Shown here: in pieces, positions 9,506 to 19,700 of the stretch
Position numbering within the stretch: the first letter of the stretch is position 1
How the letters are laid out: every line of letters starts with the position of its first letter
Assembly: GCA_001275005.1 (NCBI GenBank)
Contig: JWZX01002916.1
Span: 1-45,557, forward strand
Origin: Chrysochromulina tobinii
Taxonomy: Eukaryota
Direction: 5' to 3'
DNA length: 45,557 bases
Translations under genes and position numbers: made by a program
The notes under the pieces: model-generated
Databases searched by the model: none
Seen by the model: the letters and a program-made list of their open reading frames with translations, nothing else
What the model was told of the DNA's origin: nothing

Positions 9506-12500
9506 ATGCGGGAAGCCTGCCCCATCGGGCTCAGCCGCTCCATTTGGCTGCCCGATCCCGAGCAGCTTGATCACTTTCTGGGCAGCGGCATCTGGCCAGC
9601 CGCCTTCGTCCTGGGCGACGAGCTGCTCGCCCGTCCGGCATCGTGGCTCGCGGGCTTGACCATCGTCGAGCTGGGGGCGGGGGCGATCGGGTACCCGGGG
9701 CTAGTGGCCGCGCTGCGCGGCGGGCCGGGCACGCACGTGTTCCTCACGGACAAGCACGAAGGGCTTGTTGCTCGGCTGCGCGCGAGCGTCGAAGCGAATG
9801 GTCTGGCGTCACAGTGCGACGCGCGCGTGTATGAGTGGGGCGAAGGATCTGAAGTGCTGATGCAGAGCCTGCCGGGTCCGCCGGACCTGATCCTCGCGTC
9901 CGACTGCCTGTACACGCACGGCTCGACCGGCGCCTTTTGCGACGCGCTGGATGAGCTGTACACGCCCGGGACGACGCGTATCCTCGTGAGCGCAGAGGAG
10001 CGATGGAGTCGGCAGGAATGCATCGACATCTGCGCCGAGAAAGGTTGGCGCTTCACGCAGCTGGGCGGCGAGCGCCGTCCGAGTGCAGCCCACCTCGCGT
10101 GCGTCGAGAAGCGGATGCGCGAGATGGGCGAGGGCCGATGGTACGTGTACGAGGTGACTCGAGAGAGCGCTCAGGAGAGCGCTCGGCCGCACGGACTCCG
10201 GGAGTACTTGGGGTGCAAAGCGACCCGAGCCGAGCGAATGGAGGCGGAGGAGGCGCACAGCACAGCCGAGGCGGCTGAGGCATCCGAGGCGGACATTGTG
10301 TTCGGCGCGCAGAGCGTGGAAGCGACGCCCACTGCCCCGCCGCTCACGGCGCCAATCGCCGAGCCAATCGCCGAGCCGCGTGCCGACGCTCTGACGCTTT
10401 GGGTTCCGCCAACTGACTCGTCGACGATGGAGGCGGCGGCAGCGGCGGAGAGGGCGGCGGCGAAGGCGAGGGTGGTGGCGGCGAGGGCAGCGGCGGTGGC
10501 GCTGCGGGCAGAGGCGGTGGCAGAGCAGGAGAGGGCGGCGGCGAAGGCGAGGGTGGTGGCGGCGAGGGCAGCGGCGGTGGCGCTGCGGGCAGAGGCGGTG
10601 GCCGAGGCGGCACGCTCGATCGAAGTGGCCGTCGCCAGCTCGATCGAGACGAACGCCGTCGTCGACAATGGCGCCCATGACGACGCCCACGCGACCTCGT
10701 CCATGGCGAGCCTTCCGGACGCGCCGCTGCAGAGCAACAGCAGCGGTGCTCGCCTTCGGCTCGATTTGGGAGTCTCATTCGAAGATGCAGCGGGTCGGCT
10801 ACTCTCGTCACAGTTCTCGGAGACGTGCATGGAGTGGCTCAGCACAGCAGGCAGCTACAAGGCACTCAGTGCCTCCGACTGCGTGCTTCGTCAGATCGCT
10901 CCATGTGCCGCGTGCTTCGAGAACCATCTGGCAATCGCGCTGCCTGACTCGCCACCGCCGTTTGCGATCCGACCCCCCACCCAAAAGGTGCCTCCCTAGT
11001 CGATTGCATGCTGATTGCGATCCGCCCCCCACCCAAAAGGTGCCTCCCTAGTCGATTGCATGCTGATTGCGATCCGCCCCCCCACCCAAAAGGTGCCTCC
11101 CTAGTCGATTGCATGCTGATTGCCTCGGATGGCAAGCTGATTGGCACTGATTGCATGCTGATCGCCCTCCCCCCAACAGGTGCCTCCCTAGTCGATTGCA
11201 TGCTGATTGGCGCTGATTGCATGCTGATCGCCCTCCCCCCAACAGGTGCCCACGAAAGAGGAGGCCGCCTTGGGTAGTCGGACCGAAGTGCACCGGTTCG
11301 TGCTGCACGAGGGCATCGCCGAACAGATCAACACGGCGCTCAAGGAGGACGGCACGAGCCGCCTCGCCCACTGGCGCGCGCAGGTAATTGCGCTTTCTGG
11401 CGTCTGGCTGCCTCTCATGTCCTCTCATGGCGTCCCATAACCTCCCATTGCCTCTGATGACCTCTGATTGCCTCCCAGTGCCTCTGATGACCTCTGATGT
11501 CTCTCATGGCGTCCTATTGCCTCCCACTGCCTATCATTGCCTCTAATTGCCTCTCATTGCCTCTCTCATTGCCTCCAATGTCCATCATGGCGTCCCATGG
11601 CCTCTCATTGCCTCGCCATTTGGTGCGCGCAGCATGCGGACGGGAAAGGTATCCGTCGGAGTAACGTGGGCGGTTTCCATTCGGAAGAGGAGCGCTTCAA
11701 TCGTTCGTCCTCTGACTGGTACGGGCGCCTGTGCACAACCCTCACCCTCGCCCGATCCTCAACCCGAACCCTGACCCGAACCCTGACGAACCCTGACGAA
11801 CCTTGACGAGCCCTGACGAACCCTGACGAACTGTGACGAACCCTGACGAACCCTGACCCGATCCTCAACCCGAACCCTGACCCGAACCCTGACGCGAACC
11901 CTGACGAACCTTGACGAACCCTGACGAACCCTGACGAACCCTGACGAACCCTGACGAACCTTGACGAACCCTGACGCGAACCCTGACGAACCCTGACGAA
12001 CCCTGACGAACCCTGACGAACCTTGACGAACCCTGACGAACCCTGACCCGAACCCCAACCCTACGGTCGAAAGGTACGGGCGCGTGCACAACGTGCTTCT
12101 CGAGGCGCTGCTGATGCTGGAGAACGATCACAAGCACGAGGGCGAGAAGGAGAGTGCGCAGGCCGGCGAGCAGTGTGACGTGCGCCGTGACGAGCAGGGT
12201 GACGAGCGCCGTGGCGAGCAGGGTGACGAGCTGGGCGGCGCGACGGCGGCTGTGAAGACGGCTGTGAAGACGGCGGCCGGCGAGGCGGCTGCACGGCGAG
12301 TACCCGCCGCGCCGACCTACTCGCCCGTGGCCCAGATGCGTGTGAGCGGCTGGATGAATATCTCAAGCGCGCACGACTTCAACACGCTGCACGACCATGG
12401 CGAAGCGCTCTGGGCGGCGGTGTACTTTGTGGAAGCCGACGACCATGCCTTGATGGTGCTGGATGCAGGAGCGGCCGTGTACTCGGGGGCTTTGCTGCTC

Positions 12501-12871
12501 AAGACGCAGCTTGCGCCGTGGACGACCGATTTCGGCTTCTTACCCATCCAGCCTCGGCCTGGCGAGCTGTGGATCTTCCCGGGGTGCGTTGATTGCCACT
12601 ATCATCGCTGATGACCGCTGCGCTGATGACCTCTGATGACCTCTGATGACCTCTGATGACCTCTGACTGCCCCCCCCTCTTCAGGTACGTCCCTCACGCG
12701 GTGCTCCCGCACTACCTTCCACGAGCTTCCGGCCCGGACGACGAGAAGCTCGAGAGCCGTCGCATCTCGGTGGCGTGCAACATCTTCCGAGGCCCGCAGG
12801 GGGGCGGGGCGCTCGGGAGCGCGCAGGAGACGGCGGGGGTGCTCCGCAGCATGATGCGGCGTCGAATGTGA
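9506..12871 (+). CDS. Fusion protein: N-terminal METTL21/Methyltransf_16-type protein methyltransferase plus C-terminal TIGR02466-like 2OG-Fe(II) oxygenase. Exons 9506-10987, 11246-11383, 11633-11718, 12074-12583, 12685-12871
   Basis: Methyltransferase motifs GSGIWPAA, IVELGAG, FLTD, DLILASDCLY. Oxygenase motifs SNVGGFHS, GWMN..FNTLHDH, WIFPGYVPHAVLP, RISVACN. Four GT-AG introns restore the frame. Start is uncertain. Confidence 0.75.
10988..11245 (+). other. Intron (258 nt) built from repeated exon-intron junction copies and GATTGCATGCT units
   Basis: AAG|GTGCCT ... AACAG|GTGCCC, phase 0. Internal AG|GT sites at 11039/40, 11092/93 and 11179/80. Confidence 0.8.
11384..11632 (+). other. Intron (249 nt) with ATTGCCTCT/GATGACCTCT filler; its 3' end duplicates the upstream exon end
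   Basis: CAG|GTAATT donor. TGGTGCGCGCAG (11621-11632) matches exon end TGGCGCGCGCAG (11372-11383) at 11/12. Confidence 0.8.
11719..12073 (+). other. Intron (355 nt) filled with (GACGAACCCT)n; its 5' end duplicates the downstream exon start
   Basis: G|GTACGGGCGCctGTGCACAAC versus AG|GTACGGGCGCGTGCACAAC. Splicing gives WYGRVHNV in frame. Confidence 0.8.
12584..12684 (+). other. Intron (101 nt) with (GATGACCTCT)n
   Basis: GG|GTGCGT ... CTCTTCAG|G restores the FPGYVPHAV motif. Confidence 0.88.
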
Positions 12872-13034
12872 ATCGCACCAGAGTATTGGAGAGACCACCG
12901 GCGACCGGGGTCAGTACGGACCAGGATTGCGCGCACCGTTGGGCGCGGAGGAGGAGGGCGAGCTGGTGAATTTTTGTTCAGTTCAAGTTACTACATAAAC
13001 AACAGACAACCTAACGGAAGCTTATCGAATGCGC

Positions 13035-13070
13035 TTGAACTTGAACTTGAACTTGAATTTGAACTTGAAT
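13035..13070 (+). repeat. (TTGAAY)6 hexamer microsatellite upstream of the VPS9 gene
   Basis: ttgaac ttgaac ttgaac ttgaat ttgaac ttgaat in AT-richer intergenic DNA. Confidence 0.9.
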
Positions 13071-13162
13071 TTTTGGGGCCGGAAAACTAAAGTTCACTCA
13101 GGACCGACGAAACCGTTCACAGCGTCCATGGCTCTCGCCGCGCGTGCCCTCCTCTCCCGCAA

Positions 13163-14797
13163 ATGGCAGCCCAGTCCGCCAAGCCCAATTCATCCTACCA
13201 GGCCTTTCTTACAAAGCTCAACGACCCGCAGGCCGCCTCTTTGCTCCGTGCGATGAAGCTCTTTGTGCGCAACGCGCTTGCGGCCACGGAGAGCGCTAAT
13301 CGCAGCCTCTCCATCGACGAGCTCGCTGAGGCTGTGCAGGCCTTTTTCCAGCAAACGGAGGCGGACATTGCCGGTCACCCGCTGTGGGCGGGCTGCGATG
13401 CCGCCGAGCTCCAGCGCGCGTGCGACAGCGTCGAGAAGTTTGTGATGACAAAGCTGCACGACCGCGTGTTCGCGGCCGAGCCCGTCGAGGCGCAGGAGGA
13501 TGAGGCGGTGCACCGATGGATGCAGCGACTGCGCTTCTTGACAGTCGACCACTTTGCCATCTCGCCCGAGTTCCAGGCCCTGGCGCCGTGGACGTTTGCT
13601 CAGCAGGAGCTCGTCAAGATCGCCACTTACCGGACGCCGCGCGACAAGCTCGTGTGCATCCTCAACTGCTGCAAGCGCATCAACAGCGCGCTCTCGCACT
13701 CGTCCACGGGCACTCACGGCGCGGATGAGTTCTTCCCGGTGCTCCTCTACGTGACGCTGCAGGCGTCGCCCTTGGGACTGCACGCGAGCCTGCAGTACAT
13801 TGTGCGCTTTCGCCACTCCTCAGGGCTGGTCTCGGAGGCGGCCTACTACCTGACCCACATGCAGAGCGCCCTCTCGTTCCTATCGAATGTGCAGCCTGAG
13901 CAGCTGAGCATCGACAGTGCGAGCTACGAGCAAGGTCTCGCCGAGACGCACGCCGCCCTCGAGAGAGAGCGCGCCGTACGGGAGGCAGAGGAGGCACGCG
14001 CGGCGGAGGTGGCAGCCGCCGCGGCCGCAGCAACCGTCGCCGAGGCGGAGGCGGCAGCCGCTGCCACAGCCGCGGCCGCAGCTGCCGCCGCCGAAGCCGC
14101 CGCCATCGCCGCCGCGCCGACGAGTGTCGACGCCGCCGGCCACGTCAACGGCTTCGTCAACGGCTTCGTCAACGGCTTCGGCTCGACACCACCGCGGAAG
14201 GCGCGGACCAACAGCGGTGTGAACCGCGGTGTGACGTCGTCCGCGCTCGTGAGCGAGACAGCTCCCGAGACGCCCCTGCTGCTTGGCAGCCCCCTTTTTG
14301 GCGGGCGTCCGCTTTCAGCTGCGGACGACTCGGCTCTGCCGTCAGCGGCGACGCCCGCGGCGGCGCGCAAGCGCCCAGTGAATGGGAATGGTATGGGCGT
14401 GTGTGTGGAGCTGCGCCTCGTACCTGCGCCAGGTTCTGACGATGCGGCACTCCGGCCGAACGATGCTGTCGGCACCGGCGGCGGCACGCCGTACGTTCGC
14501 CTCGAGCTCGAGCTCTGCAGCTGGCTGACCGTGCGCCGCCGGCAGCTCGTTCGGCAGCTCGGTACGGCGCCGAGCTTACGGTGGCTCGAGACGCGCAACA
14601 TCGCCGAGCTGACCATTGGCGATGTGCGCACCGTGCTCGAAGAGTATAGGTGGCTGAGCGCGGTCTTTAGTCGAGGCGCGGCTCACGAACGAGCCGCGGC
14701 GGCCAAATGCGCCGCCGAGACGACGACGTTACGAGCGAAGAGTTCGATCGAGCGCGCAGGCGGCTCCGGCGCGGGTAGCACTAGCATAAGCAACTAA
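13163..14797 (+). CDS. VPS9: VPS9-domain Rab5 guanine nucleotide exchange factor (VPS9a/Rabex-5-like)
   Basis: HPLW..EL..A.D.VEKFVMTKL helical bundle, PRDKLVCILNCC, GADEFFPVLLYV, SEAAYYLT, and C-terminal ELTIGDVRTVLEEYR. Confidence 0.92.
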   Translation: MAAQSAKPNSSYQAFLTKLNDPQAASLLRAMKLFVRNALAATESANRSLSIDELAEAVQAFFQQTEADIAGHPLWAGCDAAELQRACDSVEKFVMTKLHDRVFAAEPVEAQEDEAVHRWMQRLRFLTVDHFAISPEFQALAPWTFAQQELVKIATYRTPRDKLVCILNCCKRINSALSHSSTGTHGADEFFPVLLYVTLQASPLGLHASLQYIVRFRHSSGLVSEAAYYLTHMQSALSFLSNVQPEQLSIDSASYEQGLAETHAALERERAVREAEEARAAEVAAAAAAATVAEAEAAAAATAAAAAAAAEAAAIAAAPTSVDAAGHVNGFVNGFVNGFGSTPPRKARTNSGVNRGVTSSALVSETAPETPLLLGSPLFGGRPLSAADDSALPSAATPAAARKRPVNGNGMGVCVELRLVPAPGSDDAALRPNDAVGTGGGTPYVRLELELCSWLTVRRRQLVRQLGTAPSLRWLETRNIAELTIGDVRTVLEEYRWLSAVFSRGAAHERAAAAKCAAETTTLRAKSSIERAGGSGAGSTSISN

Positions 14798-15007
14798 GCG
14801 CTGGCCGCTGCACTCCGCCCGCCATGCCGCCCGCCCGTACGCCGCGGAGGTTTGTAAAAAAGCCTCGTGAACACGTCCGTTTCGCGTTTCGGCTGTCGCG
14901 TACATTTGAGCTCTCTCTATGATCGTTTGCCGAGGTCGCTGCAAAATCGAAAGACGAAACCAACTGCAACTTCACATGAAACGCCCGCGATCGCGCGAGT
15001 CCCCGCG

Positions 15008-15664
15008 ATGGCGAAGCTGCAGCCATTGTCAGGCCCAAGGTCGCCGACGAGAACGTACACATGGCGGCGACACGATCAATGGAGTGCGGCGCTGCCTGTC
15101 GCAGAGTCCCTTTTGCAGTCCACGACAGCGTCACCGGAGCATCCACGGGTTGCCCGCCCATCCTCAGCATCAAGAAGCCCTCGTCGTTCGTCGGCAGCAG
15201 CAGCGGCGCAGCAACCTGCAGCTATCCACGTTGACTACGGTTCCATGGGTTTGACAGTTCAACAAATCTCTCCTCTATCTGTGGCTGCACAAAGCGACCA
15301 CGTTGCGCTCGGGTTGATACTGAGAGCGATGCCACCTGGCTCGCCGCCGCCTGTCGAGGTGAGTGCCGAGCAGCCATGCACACGCAAAGTCGCAATGGAT
15401 CGATTTATTGGCATGCAGATGCTGCCGGACCCGTCGCCACTGACGAATCCACCGCGGCGGGGTCGGGGTTTGGGCACGTCCCGAACGATTCCATCAAAGC
15501 GCTTGGCACCGACATCCTGGTCTTGCGCTATCTGCTTGAGCTCACGCTGGGTTGAGGCACGCCTCGCGCGCCTAGTGTGTGGGCACTGCTTTCACGTGGA
15601 ATGCTTGGGCCAGTGGACCGTCCGTGCAAATCTGTGCCCTTGTTGTCGGCAGCCGCTTGAATAG
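15008..15664 (+). CDS. RING-H2 finger protein (putative E3 ligase)
   Basis: C-terminal CAICL..LVCGHCFHVECLGQW....LCPCCR. First in-frame ATG taken as the start. Confidence 0.7.
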   Translation: MAKLQPLSGPRSPTRTYTWRRHDQWSAALPVAESLLQSTTASPEHPRVARPSSASRSPRRSSAAAAAQQPAAIHVDYGSMGLTVQQISPLSVAAQSDHVALGLILRAMPPGSPPPVEVSAEQPCTRKVAMDRFIGMQMLPDPSPLTNPPRRGRGLGTSRTIPSKRLAPTSWSCAICLSSRWVEARLARLVCGHCFHVECLGQWTVRANLCPCCRQPLE

Positions 15665-16032
15665 GACGGAACCACCGGAACGTAAAGTGATCGAGCAGTT
15701 CTCTGCTCTTCTGAGGTTCTTGCAGGCGTCTGGTCGTTGCCGCGCATGTTACCGCGTTACCGCGTTCATGTTCTCTCTAATATTATCTTGTCTACGACTC
15801 TCCATAGATGCTCTGAGGGGCTCTTGATCCAGCACACAGTCTACCGCACCGTCCCAGCTCGGTGGAGCCGCCTGTTCGAAGCAACCGCCCCGTACACCAG
15901 GACCACCTGGCGAACACATCCAACCACTGTCGACCACACACATACGCGAATCTGCCCGTGCACTGCAGGTGTTCATGTTCAACTTGTTCCCGTGCAGCCT
16001 GCCTGCCTACTGCTCCTTGAGATCTGTGTACT

Positions 16033-16115
16033 GACCACGCTGCGTGATCTCCAACGTGCGGCAGGCGAGGAGTCTCACCTTTGTGCCACTCGCCGTCATG
16101 GCTGCAGATGTAGTC
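16033..16115 (-). promoter_or_regulatory. SECIS element (type II) in the 3' UTR of selenoprotein W
   Basis: Minus strand reads ATGA-cggcgagtggca-c-AAA-ggtgag(actc)ctcgcc-tgccgcacgttg-GA. This gives the AUGA/GA core, a 12-bp helix II with 11 pairs, apical AAA, a 6-bp mini-stem and a lower helix (gactac..ctgc / gcag..gtggtc). Confidence 0.9.
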
Positions 16116-16155
16116 CGGCACCAGCGACCATCATGCAAAAGTGCCTGGAGAGTCC

Positions 16156-16407
16156 TTACTTGACGAGCGGCTCCAGCGCCATCATGAGAGCTTGGTACTC
16201 GGCACGAGTCTGAAGTTTGCCGCCCTGGCCTCCGAGCTTGCTGTGGACGAGCTGGCCATTCGCCGTAACCTCAAAGGAGCTTCTGCGACCTGGTTTGCCA
16301 GTGATGGTGCAGCCCTTGATGTCGGACTCCAGCTTCACCTTCAGAGCATCGAAGGCGGGCTTGTAGCCTCAGGCACCACAGTATTCGACGTCGATAATGA
16401 GAGGCAT
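16156..16407 (-). CDS. SELENOW: Selenoprotein W-like (Rdx family), 83 aa, Sec encoded by in-frame TGA at 16371-16369
   Basis: MPLIIDVEYCGA-U-GYKPAFDALKVKLESD...GRRSSFEVTANGQLVHSKLGGQG. CxxU motif and FEV..NG.LVHSK signature. ORFs 16369..16734 and 16156..16338 share a frame, and a SECIS lies downstream. Confidence 0.95.
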
Positions 16408-16707
16408 GTGCGCGGTGAGCGTCTTAGCGACCGTTTCGCGCTCGGCGTGTGAGTGCTTGCTCGCCGCGATTCCCATGTCTCGGTAATAAGCCCTGCGTTC
16501 GCGTTGGGGGTCTTCGAGGAACTTCGAAGTGTCTTCGGGTAAACTCTGAACTTGAATCGTGAATTTGAATCGTCGGGACGCCGTATCGACCCTCGCCTCG
16601 AGTCCCGAGGAAAATAGATACTTCTGTCCACCCGCTGACTGTGAACACCCGCTGTGCCGCCCGCTCTGCCGTGCCCAGCGCGTAAAAACGTGACAAACTG
16701 CTCCGTG

Positions 16708-19700
16708 ATGGAGGCGGTCATTCCTCGGAAGCAAGCCCGCGGCGCGATGGCGAGACGCAATCCAGACACGTGCTGCGCACTCCGAACGGCCGCGGCGTGT
16801 CTGTTCTTTTGGTTACTCTTTCGCCCGCTCGGCGCCTCGACCACCTCCATCGCCGGAGCGGCCGTGGTCGTCGACGCAGCCGAGGCCTCGCGCGCCCTCT
16901 CTTTGTACTCCATTACGACGGATACGCTCTGGCAGCGCGACTGGCGGGTATGCGCCTGCATGCGCCTGAGCCACGCTGTCCGCCGTTGCTGTGCCTTCGC
17001 TCACGCGCGGCTCGCCCATCACCCCATCGCAGGGCCGCCCGCTGGGCAATCACCGCGCGCTGCTGCGGGTGCAACCGGGCCCGAGCGAGCTCGCGTGGGC
17101 GCGCGTCGAGTGGAGATTGCCCGGGCTCGCCGTGGAGGACCACCAACCGCTGCTGGTCAACGCCGAGACGGGCGCCATGGTGCGCGGCGTCATGTACGCG
17201 TCCGCCTCGAGTGAGCGCGGGGACGTCGTCTTTGAGCTGCGCCCGCCCATCGAGGTGGCTACGACCTTTTACCTGTACTACCTGCCCTTTGATGACCGGC
17301 CGTGCCAGACAGGACCCTCCTCCCAGTGCACCACGCACTACTACAAGGGACGGAACAAGCGACGGCGCCTGTTCGCCTCTGCCGCGGGCCGCGGGCGTCG
17401 AGCGGCAGCCGGCGGCGGCGGCGGCGGCTTCCGCGCGCGCGTCGCCGCGGTGCTGGAGCGGCCCGACTGGCAGGGGAGCCTGCCCCGCGCGAGTGTGATC
17501 GGGCTGGAGGCGCGCACCTCCAAGGACGCCTTCCACCCGATGGAGGTGGCGGTGACCAGCGCGGAGACGGCGAGCCTCGTCGCGCACGCGTCGCGCCAGC
17601 TGCGCCGACTCCTCGTGTGGCCCGAATCCCGCGAACACCCGATTCGGATGCTCGACCGGCTGCCCCTCCGGTGGCTCGCGGCGGGCGTGCCCGCCCCCAA
17701 TGCGACAGTGCACGCGGGCACGGCTCTGCGCGGCGAGTTTTACGCGTTCCAGCTCGGAGTGTACGCACCCGTCGCCGCGCTGCGCTTGCTCCCCTCGTGG
17801 AGCGCTCCTGTGCAGGTGAGTGTCGTTAATTGCCTCTTGATGGCCTCTGATGGCCTCTGATGGCTCCCCTCGTGGAGCGCGCGCCCGTGCAGGTGTCGTT
17901 AATTGCCTCTTGATGGCCTCTGATGGCCTCTGATGGCTTCGTGGAGCGCGCCCGTGCAGGTGTCGTCAGGCCACTCGCTGGGCTCGTGGGCTGTGCGGTG
18001 CATCAACCGGCCCAACGGCTCGGCGCAGGCGAGCAGCGGCATCTACCTGCGTGCGGGCAGCGTGCAGCCGCTCTGGTTTGGGGTCGAAGTGCCCGAGGGC
18101 GCGTCGCCGGGCGAGTACACCTTCCGAGTGCGCGTGTCTGAACTCGACCACGGAGCGGCGGAGGAGACGACCGTGCGGCTGACGGTCACGGCGGACGTCA
18201 TCGAGCAGCATGGCGACTCAGAGCTCTGGCGCCACTCGCGGCTGCGGTGGCTCGACTCGACCGCGGGGGAAGGCGTGGTCAACCTCGCCGCTGTCAAGGC
18301 CGCGCAGTCCGCCGCTTCCAACCCGCACGCCTCTGCCCAGCTCGCGGCGCGAGGGCGCTCGGATGTGTGGCAGCCGGTGACCGTCGATCATGAGGCCCTG
18401 ACTCTCACAGCCTCGGGTGCGCGCGTGCTGCGCCTCTCGCGGCGCGGGCTGCCTTCGTCGCTTCGAGTGGGCGCGGTCGAGTTACTGGCAGCGCCCGCCC
18501 AGTTGCGCCTTCTTGGTGCAACGTCAGGGACGGGGGCTAGTCATGAGATCAGGTGGTCGTCGAGCGCGGCTGGCCCGCAGTTTGCCGTCGACGCCAACGG
18601 CGGCGTCGAGTGGGTTGCTGAGGGGCACGCCAAGGAGGCGGCAGAGGGCGGCTGCGGCGGCCTCAAGGTTGAGGTGCGCGGCGTGCTCAACACTGATGGG
18701 CTCGTGCAATTGACTATGCGCCTTGAGGCTCGAGCGGATGGGGGCGGCAGCTGTGACTTGAGCGACGTGCAGCTGCAGCTGCCGATGGTCGAGGGCGCCA
18801 CACGGCTGGTCAACGGCTTCGGCTACAAGGGCGCTCCGCGGCCCGATGAGGTCATCTTCAAGTGGGACGCCGAGGTGACCGAGCTCACGTCTCACAACCA
18901 AAAGGGGCTCGACTGCCGCGTGTGGCTCGGCGGCGCGGATGCGGGCTTGCAGATCAACCTTCAAGGGGTCGAGCAGGCGAAGCAGGCGGCGAGCTCGCAC
19001 TGTGGCAACAATGACCGTGGCGAGCTCGTCTGCGACGACCTGATCGACGCCCAATACAACGTGGCACTCGGATCCGCCGTTTGGTTCAATCGCAACAAGG
19101 GCGGTGCGACTGTCAAGGTGATGGGGCCCTCGGGGGTCGCGCGACTACGCCAGCTTCGCCAGCTGAGCGGCTCGTCCTCGACGGCGGCGGCGGCGGACAA
19201 TGGCGGCGGCGGCAGCGGCGGCGGCGGCGCGCGCGTGGCCATGGTCACCATCTACACCGGCAAGATCCGCGTGAGTGCGCTCGAGCCGCTCGTGCTGCCC
19301 GTGCGGCTGCTGCTCACGCCCGTGCGTGGCGCCGGCGGCCCTCGTACGGCCGACTTCGACACACGCTACTTCCACATGCAACGCTTCACCACGGTGGCGA
19401 AGGCCACCTCGGCAGCGCCGCATCCCTGGATCATCCTCCACCAAGGGAACCAGCTCAACCCGTACATCAACTACCCCTTCCTCACCGTCGAACCCCTCCG
19501 CCAGTACGTCAAGGAGGCGCACGCGGCGGGCGCGAAGGTGAAGCTGTACTACACTGTGCGCGAGCTCTCGACCTCGGCCACCGAGCTATGGGCGCTGCGC
19601 TCGCTCAATGGCGAGGTGCTCGTCCCATCGAAGGTCGAAGGAGGGCACGCGTGGTTACGTGAGCACGTGCGTACCAACTACTCAGCCGCGTGGCACGAGC

